From contig CP126532.1 in NCBI GenBank assembly GCA_030167145.1, positions 4,200,001 to 4,232,000 on the forward strand: 32,000 bases of DNA, given 5' to 3'. A program made the position numbers and the translations under genes. The notes beneath the pieces were generated by a model, which was given only the letters and a program-made list of their open reading frames with translations, made no database searches and was not told where the DNA came from. Source of the stretch: Ktedonobacterales bacterium (GTDB lineage: Bacteria > Chloroflexota > Ktedonobacteria > Ktedonobacterales > JADMIN01). Below are positions 9,265 to 18,325 of this stretch, piece after piece (position 1 is the stretch's first letter; each line of letters starts with the position of its first letter).

Positions 9265-10638
9265 ATGCGATTTCCTGCTGGCCGGCCAACGATGCGGACG
9301 CACGCCGCGCGGGGCGCGCTGCTGCTCACGCTGGCAATGCTGGCCGCGCTCTCACTCTCTGCCGCGCTGGCCGGGCGATCCGCACGCGCCGACGGAAGCC
9401 ACGTAGATACTGTCACCTTCGCGCGTGACGTAGACCCCGCCTCGGCGCGTTTCCTGGACGACGCGATTGCCACCGCCAGTTCCGATGGCGCGACCGCGCT
9501 CATCATCACCATTGACACCCCCGGCGGCGACCTCGATTCGATGAAAGACATCGTGCAGCACGAGCTAGCCAGCGCCGTGCCAATCATCACCTACGTCGCG
9601 CCGCAGGGCGCACGCGCCGGGTCAGCGGGCACCTTCGTCACGCTCGCCGCGCCCCTCGCCGTGATGGCCCCCAATACGCGCATCGGCGCGGCCAGCCCGA
9701 TAGATAGCACCGGCGCCGACATCCCCTCCACGCTGGACCGCAAACTCAAGAATGATCTGGAAGCCCAAATGCGGGCGATGCAGACCACCTTCAACCGCAA
9801 TGTGCCGCTGGCGGTGAACACCATCGAAACCGCCGCATCCTATGACGACCAGGAAGCCATCTCGCAGGGGTTGGTGAACTTCGGCGCGACCACGCAAGAG
9901 GACTTGCTGCAAAAGCTCGATGGTATGAGCGTCACCCTGGCAAACGGCAGCAACGTTACCCTGCACACGGCGGGGCTGCCCGTCCAGACCATTGATCCCA
10001 CGCTCGCCAACCAACTCGAAGCGATCTTCCTCGACCCTACGCTGCTGTTCATACTCTTCATCATCGCGGCGATCTGCATCTACCTGGAACTGGCGCACCC
10101 CGGCGCAATCGTCCCCGGAACCATCGGCGCGATTGTGCTGGTGATCTTCCTCTTCGGGTCGGGCTTCCTGAATCCGAACTGGGCCGGATTGGTGCTGATG
10201 CTGCTCGCTATCGTGCTGCTTGCCATTGATGTGCGAGTGCCCACGCACGGCGTGCTGACGGTGGGCGCACTGATCTCGCTGATCGCTGGCTCGCTGATCT
10301 TCTTCGACTCGAATGCCGGTCCTGGCGCGCAGACGGTCAGCCCGATTGTGATTGGCGCGACCGCCGTTGGCGTTGGTCTGGTATCGCTGCTGGTCATCAG
10401 CTTCGCCGTGCGCTCGCACCGGATGCCGGTTGGCACGGGCAGCGAAGGACTCGTAGGGGCGGAGGCGACGGTGACGATACCGCTCGCTCCGGAGGGGCGT
10501 GTGAGGGTGATGGGGGAGGATTGGGCCGCGCGGGTCGCCACGCCTGGCACACCACAGCCGCCAGTTGCGGTTGGTCAGCAGGTGCGCGTCAAAGGCCGGG
10601 ACGGACTGCTATTGATCGTCGAGCCGCTACCAAAGTAG
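9265..10638 (+). CDS. NfeD-family membrane-bound serine protease (ClpP-class domain, TM segments, C-terminal OB-fold NfeD domain)
   Basis: Signal-like N-terminus, a TIDTPGGDLDSM protease-domain motif, four to five hydrophobic helices, and a C-terminal GRVRVMGEDWAARV...VRVKGRDGLLLIVEP. It lies directly upstream of an SPFH gene. ATG 9265 is preceded by GAAGGA; the ORF-track TTG 9244 is the alternative start. Confidence 0.85.
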   Translation: MRFPAGRPTMRTHAARGALLLTLAMLAALSLSAALAGRSARADGSHVDTVTFARDVDPASARFLDDAIATASSDGATALIITIDTPGGDLDSMKDIVQHELASAVPIITYVAPQGARAGSAGTFVTLAAPLAVMAPNTRIGAASPIDSTGADIPSTLDRKLKNDLEAQMRAMQTTFNRNVPLAVNTIETAASYDDQEAISQGLVNFGATTQEDLLQKLDGMSVTLANGSNVTLHTAGLPVQTIDPTLANQLEAIFLDPTLLFILFIIAAICIYLELAHPGAIVPGTIGAIVLVIFLFGSGFLNPNWAGLVLMLLAIVLLAIDVRVPTHGVLTVGALISLIAGSLIFFDSNAGPGAQTVSPIVIGATAVGVGLVSLLVISFAVRSHRMPVGTGSEGLVGAEATVTIPLAPEGRVRVMGEDWAARVATPGTPQPPVAVGQQVRVKGRDGLLLIVEPLPK

Positions 10639-10665
10639 CGGCGTGATGCGGGATTGGATACCACC

Positions 10666-11514
10666 ATGACAAACATAGACTCAACCGCCCTGGTCATCGG
10701 CGGCCTGATTATCCTGGGGATACTCATCCTCTTTGTGCTGGCGGGGCTGCGCGTGGTGAACCAGTATGAGCGCGGCGTGATCTTCGTGCTCGGACGGCTG
10801 ATCGGCGCGAAGGGGCCGGGGCTGTTCTGGGTGCCACCGTTCATCAGCAGCATGCGCAAGATTGACCTGCGCGTGGTGACGATTGAACTGCCGCCGCAGG
10901 AGGGCGTCACCCGCGACAACGTGACGGTGAAGGTCAGCGCGGTCGTCTACTTCTACGTCGTCAACCCGCGCGACGCCGTGAATAACGTGCTCGACTACTA
11001 CCGGGCGACCGTGCAGATCGCCCAGACCACACTGCGGAGCGTGATCGGCCAGTCTACGCTGGATCAACTGCTGACCGACCGCGAAGACATCAATCGCAAC
11101 GTGCAGAAGATCATAGACGAGCACACCGAGCGCTGGGGCATCAAAGTCACCACGGTGGAGATCAAAGATGTGGAACTGCCGGTGACGATGCAGCGCGCGA
11201 TGGCCAAGCAGGCCGAGGCCGAGCGCGAGAAGCGCGCGAAAGTGCTGCTGGCGCAGGGCGAATATCAGGCGGCGCAGACCCTGGCCGACGCCGCGCATCT
11301 CATCTCGACCGAACCAGCGGCGCTGCAACTGCGCTACCTGCAAGCGTTGACCGAAATCGCGGTGGAGAAGAACTCGACGATCATCTTCCCGCTGCCGATT
11401 GATCTGGTTGAGCCGCTGATGGAGTTGATGCGCCGGGCCAGTGGCGGCCCTGGCGAGGCCAAGACCCCGGCGCGCGTGACCGTCCCCGGCGAGACGATTC
11501 CGCCGCTCCAATAG
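10666..11514 (+). CDS. SPFH/band-7 (stomatin-like, slipin) protein
   Basis: N-terminal TM helix, then RVVNQYERGVIFVLGRLIGAKGPGLFWVPPF...VTRDNVTVKVSAVVYFYVVNP and an AEAEREKRA coiled-coil region. TTG 10654 is an alternative start. Confidence 0.9.
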   Translation: MTNIDSTALVIGGLIILGILILFVLAGLRVVNQYERGVIFVLGRLIGAKGPGLFWVPPFISSMRKIDLRVVTIELPPQEGVTRDNVTVKVSAVVYFYVVNPRDAVNNVLDYYRATVQIAQTTLRSVIGQSTLDQLLTDREDINRNVQKIIDEHTERWGIKVTTVEIKDVELPVTMQRAMAKQAEAEREKRAKVLLAQGEYQAAQTLADAAHLISTEPAALQLRYLQALTEIAVEKNSTIIFPLPIDLVEPLMELMRRASGGPGEAKTPARVTVPGETIPPLQ

Positions 11515-11549
11515 CAGCCGCATAGCACGTCGCGACGCCGCTTCACACC

Positions 11550-11577
11550 AGCGCCCCTGCCAGGCGACAGGGGCGCT
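11550..11577 (+). terminator. Hairpin downstream of the SPFH gene (intrinsic-terminator candidate with a weak T-tract)
   Basis: AGCGCCCCTG (11550-11559) pairs with CAGGGGCGCT (11568-11577) as a perfect 10-bp stem with an 8-nt loop, followed by CTTCGTC. Confidence 0.5.
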
Positions 11578-11642
11578 CTTCGTCGCACGTGTCACTGCTC
11601 TGGTCGGGAATCAGATTTCTACCAGACCGTCAACACACCCCC

Positions 11643-11671
11643 TTGACAGAGCGATTTCCGGCAGGTATGAT
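11643..11671 (+). promoter_or_regulatory. Sigma-70-like promoter upstream of the MFS gene
   Basis: TTGACA (11643-11648), 17 nt, TATGAT (11666-11671). This implies a leader of about 150 nt. Confidence 0.55.
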
Positions 11672-11829
11672 TCATATACCGACTGGAAAGTATGTGAACT
11701 TCACGCATTGGACCGCACCGCGTGGCGTTCGCTGTCGTATAACTGTACGAACTGGTCGGTATATGTCGTCAACGTGTGAGTAGGTGACGGGATGTGGCGT
11801 GCGAGATGCGCCGCCAACAGGAGGGACGA

Positions 11830-13191
11830 ATGCTAGAACACGCGCCATCGAGCATGCCGCCAGATGCGCTTACGGCGGAAGAGGTGGCGGCGCCCACCAC
11901 GACGGATGACACACACGCGGCACACAATGAGGGCGAACAGCCCAAAGGCGGCGGATTCTTCGCGCCGATGCGCATCGCCAACTTCCGCAGGTTGCTCGCC
12001 GGGCAAACGATCTCCAAGATTGGCGACCAGTTCTATTTCGTGGCGATACCGTGGCTGGTGCTGCGCGGTACATCGTCGCCGGTGGCGCTCTCGCTCGTCG
12101 TCGGCAGCTATGCGCTGGCGCTTGGCGTCTTCAACATGGTGGGCGGCGTGCTCGCCGACCGACATGGACCGCGTGCGCTGATGCTGTTCTCCGACACCGC
12201 GCGGCTGATCTTCATGGGTGCGCTGGCTGCGGTGGCGCTGCTCATCAGCGAACCGCCGCTCTGGTCGCTGATCGCACTCTCGGTGCTGCTGGGCATCGGC
12301 AGCGGCCTCTTCTATCCCGCATCGGCGGCGATGACACCATTCCTCGTCCCCGCGAACGATCTGCAAGCCGCCAATAGCTACGACCAGATCGTGATGCAGA
12401 CCAGCAACGTTGTAGGGCCAGGGGTCGCGGGCGTCGTGCTCAGCGCCACCCGCCTGGCTTTCGGCTTCGTGATTGATACCGTCAGCTTCGCGGCGTCGGT
12501 GTTGTCGCTGCTCTTGATTCGCATGCCGCCGCGCAAGGTCAGCGCGCCAGCCTCCGCTAGTGAAGCGGCTGAGGCGAAGTCCACGGGCAGCCTGGGCGAA
12601 GCAATCACGTTTCTGCGCCACACGCCATTCCTGTTTGCGCTGGTCGGTTTGTCGCTGCTGGGCAACTTCTCAATCACAGGCGTCTTTGAGGTGGCGCTGC
12701 CGTTGCTGCTCAAGGAGCAGGTGGGCGTGCTGGAGGGGCCGCGCGCAATGGGCATCATCGTCGGCGCGATGGGCCTTGGTTCGATCCTGGGCGCGGTGAT
12801 TGCCGGAATCGCGGGCAAGATTCGCCATAAGGCGCTGGTGGCGATAGTAATCCTGATACCAACCGTGGCCCTCGTGGCGGCCATGCCCTTCGTCAACGGC
12901 GTCTATGTTCTGGCGGCGCTCTTTGCTGGGCTGGGGCTATTCCTGGCAATCAGCAACGTGCTCTTCATCACCGTCATCCAGCGGTTCATTCCGATGGAGA
13001 TGATGGGACGGATGATGAGCATCACGATGTTCGGCAGCTTCGTCGGCACGCCGCTCTCAATCTTCGTCTATGGGCTGGCGGCGACGGTTGTGCCGGGCGT
13101 GGCATGGCTCTTCCTCGGCGGGGCCGTGCTCTTTGGCGGCGCGCTGATTGTGGGACTGAGCATGAAGGTGATCTGGCAGACGGTGGTTTAA
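11830..13191 (+). CDS. MFS transporter
   Basis: About 12 hydrophobic helices and a typical MFS loop (GVLADRHGPR). ATG 11830 is preceded by AGGAGG with a 6-nt spacer. Confidence 0.85.
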   Translation: MLEHAPSSMPPDALTAEEVAAPTTTDDTHAAHNEGEQPKGGGFFAPMRIANFRRLLAGQTISKIGDQFYFVAIPWLVLRGTSSPVALSLVVGSYALALGVFNMVGGVLADRHGPRALMLFSDTARLIFMGALAAVALLISEPPLWSLIALSVLLGIGSGLFYPASAAMTPFLVPANDLQAANSYDQIVMQTSNVVGPGVAGVVLSATRLAFGFVIDTVSFAASVLSLLLIRMPPRKVSAPASASEAAEAKSTGSLGEAITFLRHTPFLFALVGLSLLGNFSITGVFEVALPLLLKEQVGVLEGPRAMGIIVGAMGLGSILGAVIAGIAGKIRHKALVAIVILIPTVALVAAMPFVNGVYVLAALFAGLGLFLAISNVLFITVIQRFIPMEMMGRMMSITMFGSFVGTPLSIFVYGLAATVVPGVAWLFLGGAVLFGGALIVGLSMKVIWQTVV

Positions 13192-13643
13192 TGCCAGTTG
13201 GAACGCGGGAAGTGATTCGCCGTGGCCAGATAGGTTGGTTCGTCGGCTTCGATCAGCAGTTTGTGCATCAGAATCACGTCCGCTTCGGGCAGCGGCTCGG
13301 TCGGCTGGAGGCAGAGCCGCTCCTGCACGTGCCCATGCTCCACCACCATCACCTGCCCCGGCCCGCGTGGAATGCGATAGGTGCGCCCATCTCGGTTCGG
13401 GCTGGGGATCTCCAGATAGGCGCGCTTGGCCAGATGCTGGTACTGCTCTGGCGTCAGATGTTTGCGCAGCAGCGTCTCGGCGGCATGGTCCGAGGCGACC
13501 GGCCACCAGTTTCGCGTGCGCAGCCATGGCCAAACACGCGCGCTCACCGATGGCCAGTCGGCCAGGACCAGCACGACACGCGCCACCGCGACCAGCGCGA
13601 TGAGCAACATCAAGCTGAAGGGAAAGACATCTTTCGCCTGCAT
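13188..13643 (-). CDS. Hypothetical protein with one N-terminal TM helix
   Basis: A clean ORF 7 nt downstream of the preceding small gene. It has an N-terminal helix (FSLMLLIALVAVARVVLVLA) and then a soluble domain (YLEIPSPNRDGRTYRIPRGPGQVMVVEHGHVQERLCLQP). I recognised no family. Confidence 0.6.
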   Translation of the reverse strand: MQAKDVFPFSLMLLIALVAVARVVLVLADWPSVSARVWPWLRTRNWWPVASDHAAETLLRKHLTPEQYQHLAKRAYLEIPSPNRDGRTYRIPRGPGQVMVVEHGHVQERLCLQPTEPLPEADVILMHKLLIEADEPTYLATANHFPRSNWH

Positions 13644-13650
13644 AGTGGTG

Positions 13651-13896
13651 CTATCCGCCGATAACGCGCGGCACCATCAGGATTTCCCGCGCGTCTGGGT
13701 CGAATTTCTCGATGCGCTCGGCTGGCGCTCCGGGGGTGACACGCACCGCTGTCGCGCCGCGAATGCGCTGCTCCTCGAAGATGCGCTCCGCTTCCTTCAC
13801 GGCGGCGACAGCCTCTGGATCGCCTACCTCAACTGCGGCTTGATTCCAGGTGTACTTATCGTCGCCGCTACGTGAGAGTACTCGCAACATTCCCAT
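13651..13896 (-). CDS. Small hypothetical protein (81 aa)
   Basis: ATG 13896 (MGMLRVLSRSGDDKYTWN...) is preceded by GAGGAG with a 9-nt spacer. The composition is balanced rather than Arg/Pro-rich. I recognised no family. Confidence 0.55.
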   Translation of the reverse strand: MGMLRVLSRSGDDKYTWNQAAVEVGDPEAVAAVKEAERIFEEQRIRGATAVRVTPGAPAERIEKFDPDAREILMVPRVIGG

Positions 13897-14026
13897 ACCG
13901 CATTTCTCCTCGTCGCCATCGTGCGCAGCAAAACGCACATCAATGGACTAAGCGACTCGGGTCCTGCCGCGCCGGACAATGTGCTCTGGGGCACCCGGTG
14001 AGGTGAGGGCCAACAACATCCGTTGC

Positions 14027-14070
14027 GGGCGGTTGCGAGCGCACCGCTTCGCTTCCGCCCCTACACATTT
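14027..14070 (+). repeat. Family B element (hairpin plus CCCCTAC tail)
   Basis: GGGCGG (14027-14032), 22 nt, CCGCCC (14055-14060), then CTACACATTT. Confidence 0.45.
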
Positions 14071-14086
14071 CCCTCTTATGTTCTGA

Positions 14087-14115
14087 AGTATAGTACACGC
14101 CGCAGCGGCTAGCAA
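14087..14115 (-). promoter_or_regulatory. Sigma-70-like promoter for the two-gene cassette
   Basis: The minus strand reads TTGCTA (14115-14110), 17 nt, TATACT (14092-14087). This implies a leader of about 185 nt. Confidence 0.55.
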
Positions 14116-14166
14116 GAGCAACCGCAAAGGCAATAGTGCTGAGCTGCGCCCGCTGCGCATATCCGC

Positions 14167-15462
14167 TTATGCATGGGGACGCAGCGAGCGGGTGCGGGTC
14201 GCGGCGATAGCCAGCAACACTTGCGGCACAAAGAGCGCAAGCACAGCATGAACCGGGCCAAGCGCCTGAATCAGCACGCCGGTCAGGGCGAGGCTCAGTG
14301 GCTGGACGCCGAAGGCGATCATCCGAAAGACACTGTTCACGCGCCCTTGCAACGCATCGGGGATGGTTTGCAGCCGGTAGCCGAACTGCGTGGCCATGTA
14401 GATCGGCACGACGACATAGCCCAGGCCAGCGGCTAGCGCCAGCAGCGGCGGTGTGGGCGCGAAGGCGAAGGGCAGCCAGGTGAGCGCCCAGGCCCACGTG
14501 GAGACGATCATCACCCGCGTGAAGCCAAAACGCCGCTGCACTGGCCCCGCGAGCATTGAGCCGAGCAGCGCGCCGATGCCGCCCGCGCCAAAGATCAGGC
14601 CGATGGCGACATCCGAGGCGTGCTCCTGGCGCGCGAGGACGATGACGACTAAGGTGTAGCCGGAGCTAGCCAGCATCAGCCCGCTGGTGAGCAGCGCGAT
14701 GAAGCGAATCACTGGCTCGTGCCAGAGCCAGACTAGCCCCACTTTGACCTCGCTGCCGATGCTCTTGAGCGAGATCTTTTCGCGCACACCTTCGGATCGG
14801 AACTCGCCGCGCAGGAAGAACAGCGAGACGACCGAAGCGGCGTAGGAGACGGCGTCGGCCAGGAACGGGAACGCGCTGCCGATGCTATAGAGCGCGCCTT
14901 CGAGCGGCGGCCCCACCAGGACTGAGGACGAATCTATCACCTGGGCCTGCGCACCGGCGGCGGGCAACTGGTGGTGCGGTAGGATGCGCGGCAGGCTCGC
15001 GGTTTCGGCGAGGGTGAAGAAGACGCGCAGCGTGCCTTCGACGAGTGTGACGACGTAGATCTGCGGCATCGTCAGGTGGCCGACGGCGGCGGCGAGTGGG
15101 ATGCTGCCGAGCGCCAGCGCGCGGCCCGTATCGCAGACCAGCATCACGCGCTTGCGGTTCCAGCGATCTACCAGCGCGCCCGCGGGCAGCATCAGCAGCA
15201 CATAGGGGATGCCGCCCAGCGCGCTGACGATGCCGGTCTGAGCGGCGGAGCCAGTGAGCGCGTAGACCAGCAATGGCAGCGCGATCAGGGTAATCTGCGA
15301 GCCGACGGCGGAGACAATTTGCCCGCTCCACAGCAGCATATAGTTGCGGTTGCGCCAGAGCGAAGGCGGCGCTTGGGCGGGTATGGGCGCGGTTGTGGGC
15401 ACAGACACGGATGCAAGCGTGTCATCGGGTGGTAGGGTGGTGTCTATAGGTTGGATGCTCAT
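14167..15462 (-). CDS. MFS transporter (EntS/multidrug-efflux-like)
   Basis: About 12 TM helices and the MFS loop motif LPAGALVDRWNRKR. Confidence 0.85.
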   Translation of the reverse strand: MSIQPIDTTLPPDDTLASVSVPTTAPIPAQAPPSLWRNRNYMLLWSGQIVSAVGSQITLIALPLLVYALTGSAAQTGIVSALGGIPYVLLMLPAGALVDRWNRKRVMLVCDTGRALALGSIPLAAAVGHLTMPQIYVVTLVEGTLRVFFTLAETASLPRILPHHQLPAAGAQAQVIDSSSVLVGPPLEGALYSIGSAFPFLADAVSYAASVVSLFFLRGEFRSEGVREKISLKSIGSEVKVGLVWLWHEPVIRFIALLTSGLMLASSGYTLVVIVLARQEHASDVAIGLIFGAGGIGALLGSMLAGPVQRRFGFTRVMIVSTWAWALTWLPFAFAPTPPLLALAAGLGYVVVPIYMATQFGYRLQTIPDALQGRVNSVFRMIAFGVQPLSLALTGVLIQALGPVHAVLALFVPQVLLAIAATRTRSLRPHA

Positions 15463-15650
15463 CGGACGGGCCTTTGCGAGATCTTCATGGGCATGCGGAG
15501 CGGAGCGCAGCGCGAGACAGCAAGGAGCTAGGGAGGGTCGGGCGCGTGGGCTATGGAGAGGAGCGAGGAAGCGCGGGCGGGGGCGACGAGCGCCTACGCA
15601 TGCGGCACGAGGCTACGGATGCGTAGACGAACGAGTGGCGCCATGTTCCG

Positions 15651-15681
15651 CCGCGTAAGCGAACGCGCCAGGCTTACGCGG
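15651..15681. other. Perfect 10-bp inverted repeat in a 372-bp intergenic region
   Basis: CCGCGTAAGC (15651-15660) pairs with GCTTACGCGG (15672-15681) across an 11-nt loop. A second inverted repeat, CTACGCAT/ATGCGTAG, lies at 15594-15626. Confidence 0.5.
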
Positions 15682-15834
15682 CTTGGCAGGCAAGAGGCGG
15701 TATCTCATAGACGATTGGTCCGGCGGCAAAGCGCGGCTCATCGGCACATAGGTGGCGATTTCTCATAGCGAACATGGTGCCACAGCCCGTGCGCCTATGT
15801 CAACTCAGAAATCTACCGGAACATGCGCTAGTGG

Positions 15835-17148
15835 TTAGACGCTTTCTGGTGGGAGGGCGGGGGTGATCCACGAGAGATCCATCGTTGGGAGGGCATGCCA
15901 GAGCAGATGGCCGTCGCTGGCGCGCAGGGCGAATACGCCCATGTTGGTGCAGATGAAGACCTTGCCCCAGCCAGCGGTCGCCAGGATATTGCCGATGAGC
16001 GCGCCAGGGCGACGCCACTGCCCGCGCAACACTTCGCGGTAGAAGATGTGCCGGTTGCGCTCTTCTCTAGCACGCGCCGCGCTGCGGCGTGCCTCGTTGA
16101 ACGCGAAGAGGAGGACCTCTGGCGTGTGCCTGCCCCAGAGCCTGAGCAGCGAGAGCAGATGCGCCGGGCTATGCCAGCGCCAGAGTTGCTGGCCGGTGGT
16201 AGGGTCGAACGCGAGCACCTCCGCCAGTGCCCTTGGTCGCTGCATCGTGCGCACAAAATAGAGCGCGGCGTCGGTGGCGATGCACTGGCCCCATATATCG
16301 TCCGATTCACCCACCGTCACCCGCCAGAGTTCCGCACCATCGCCGAAGCGCAGCGCAACTAGCCGTGGCTTCCGCGTCTGGGTGGATAGGTAGACGGCGC
16401 TATCGGTGAGCGCGAGCGGTTTGCTTCGGGGCGGCAGGGTGGCGACGAGCGTGCCATCGGCGACATGGCGCACGGCCCAGAGCAGTTCGTCGCTGGCGGC
16501 GGGCACGTCGTGCGTGAGCAGCAGTGCGCCGCTCTCGGAGAGATAGTGTTGTTGTGGCTCGCGCTCCTCGTAGCTCCACAGCGTCGCGCCGGTGCGGGTA
16601 TCCAGCACATGCGGGTCGGTGCTTTCGCGAAGATACACTCGGCCCGCCCGCGCCGTAATGAACCGTTCTCGTAAGCCCCAGGGCGGGCCAGTTGAGATAC
16701 TCCAGTGGGTGTCGCCGGTCTGGCTGTCTATGGCCGAGAGCGTTCGCTCGCCAATCGCGGGGTCGAGGGCGTCGGTGAGGAGGATATTGTCGTCAAGGGC
16801 AAGGTGAGACCTGCCCGCGCTCCAGCCCTCGCATATCCAGAGTGTCGCGCCGTCGCGGGCGCGCAGCGCGGTGAGCCGCGATGGATAGGCGCCTACAGCC
16901 CCGCGGTGTAGCCATCCCGCCAGGGGCGCTGGGCCTTCCTCATGCTTTGCGGTGGGCATAGGAATGTAGGCGGGCACATACACAGTGTCGCCGCCGTGGA
17001 CGAGGGTACCCAGGCGTCCGCCCATCGTCTGCCGCCAGAGCACGGAGCCGGTATCGGCGTGCAACAGCCATACGGTGCCGTAGCGCGAGCCAACCAGCAA
17101 CGTGGGCGGTGGCGGTGAGTGGTCGGCTGTGGCGTTGGGTTGGGTCAT
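15835..17148 (-). CDS. PQQ-like beta-propeller repeat protein
   Basis: Recurrent motifs of the form G..LW typical of PQQ/BamB-like propeller blades (ADTGSVLWRQ, RDGATLWICE, SQTGDTHWSI, TRTGATLWSY, GDGAELWRV, PTTGQQLWRW, SDGHLLWHA). No signal peptide. It starts 22 nt after fni. Confidence 0.7.
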   Translation of the reverse strand: MTQPNATADHSPPPPTLLVGSRYGTVWLLHADTGSVLWRQTMGGRLGTLVHGGDTVYVPAYIPMPTAKHEEGPAPLAGWLHRGAVGAYPSRLTALRARDGATLWICEGWSAGRSHLALDDNILLTDALDPAIGERTLSAIDSQTGDTHWSISTGPPWGLRERFITARAGRVYLRESTDPHVLDTRTGATLWSYEEREPQQHYLSESGALLLTHDVPAASDELLWAVRHVADGTLVATLPPRSKPLALTDSAVYLSTQTRKPRLVALRFGDGAELWRVTVGESDDIWGQCIATDAALYFVRTMQRPRALAEVLAFDPTTGQQLWRWHSPAHLLSLLRLWGRHTPEVLLFAFNEARRSAARAREERNRHIFYREVLRGQWRRPGALIGNILATAGWGKVFICTNMGVFALRASDGHLLWHALPTMDLSWITPALPPESV

Positions 17149-17170
17149 GTATCCGCTCCGTTACCTTGGG

Positions 17171-18292
17171 CTACATCTGGCGGCGGGCCATGCCGCGCAG
17201 GGTGTCGCCGAAGCCACGCATATCCAGCCAGTCGCGGGTCGCGCCGCCGGTGACGACGGGCGCGCGCTGGAGGTCGGAGATGGTGGCCGCTCCGGTAAGC
17301 TGCATGGCGACTTTTAGCTCGGCGATGAAGCGGGCGAGGAATTCATGGAGCGCATCCATGCCTTCGCTGGCGGCTTTGAGGAAGGGGAAGCCCATGCCGA
17401 CGAGGGTCGCGCCCAGCGCCAGAGCACGCGCGGCATCCAGGCCGGAACGCACGCCGCCGGTGGAGATGATCGGCAGGCCGGGTGCGCCCTGGGTCGCTTC
17501 GACGACGGCGATGGGCGTGGGAATGCCCCAATCGCGGAAGAGCAGGCCGATGCCAGCGGTGTGCGTGTCGCCACGGCCCTGCGCGCGGACGCTCTCCATC
17601 GCGGCCATGCTGCTGCCGCCCGCGCCGCCGACGTCAATGGCGGAGGCTCCGGCACGCTGGAAGTCGCGCGCCTGCTCGAAGCTGATGCCCGCGCCGGTCT
17701 CTTTGGCGATGACGGGCACGCCGACCTCGGCGGCGACCTGCGCGAATGCGGCGAGGCAGCCCTTGGCGCGGCGGTCGCCCTCTGGCTGCGCGGCCTCTTG
17801 CAGATAGTTCAGGTGCAGGGCCAGGGCGTCGGCGCGAACCATGTCCACGGCGCGGCGCACATCGGCGGCGGTGAAGGCGGCGTGGCGCTTCTGTTCGATG
17901 AGTTGCGGCGCGCCGGCGTTGGCGATGATGAAGGCGGTCGGGGCTTTCTCGCGGACGATGCTGTAGGTGGCGGCAAGGGCGGGATTGACGAGCGCAGCGC
18001 GCTGGCTACCCACGCCCATCGCCAGGCCGTATTGCTGGGCAACGGTGGCCAGCCGCTCGTTGATGATGGCGACATCGGGATGGCCGCCGGTGAGGGATGA
18101 GACGAAGATGGGATGCTGCAGGCGGTGGCCGAGGAAGTCTACGGCGGTGTCTATCTCGTCCAGGTCCACCTCTGGCAGCGCGCGGTGAATCAGGCGCACG
18201 TCGGCCCACGAGGCGGGCTGCGCGGCGGTGACGTCGTTATTCAGCGCGACGTTGACATGCTCGATTTTACGCTGCTTGACCTCGTCGGACAT
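17171..18292 (-). CDS. fni: Type 2 isopentenyl-diphosphate delta-isomerase (FMN-dependent)
   Basis: N-terminal RKIEHVNVAL, then FVSSLTGGH, a TIM-barrel FMN-binding pattern with GGAGGSS and ISTGGVRSGLD. AAGGAGG SD upstream of ATG 18292. Confidence 0.88.
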   Translation of the reverse strand: MSDEVKQRKIEHVNVALNNDVTAAQPASWADVRLIHRALPEVDLDEIDTAVDFLGHRLQHPIFVSSLTGGHPDVAIINERLATVAQQYGLAMGVGSQRAALVNPALAATYSIVREKAPTAFIIANAGAPQLIEQKRHAAFTAADVRRAVDMVRADALALHLNYLQEAAQPEGDRRAKGCLAAFAQVAAEVGVPVIAKETGAGISFEQARDFQRAGASAIDVGGAGGSSMAAMESVRAQGRGDTHTAGIGLLFRDWGIPTPIAVVEATQGAPGLPIISTGGVRSGLDAARALALGATLVGMGFPFLKAASEGMDALHEFLARFIAELKVAMQLTGAATISDLQRAPVVTGGATRDWLDMRGFGDTLRGMARRQM

Positions 18293-18325
18293 GGTAGACC
18301 TCCTTCGTGCGTGGGGACGCTGGGC

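Noticed and set aside
13940-14497. 185-aa - strand ORF
   Set aside because: It overlaps the 3' part of the MFS gene out of frame and runs through the cassette promoter and leader. Its Arg/Ala/Pro-rich composition is typical of spurious high-GC ORFs.
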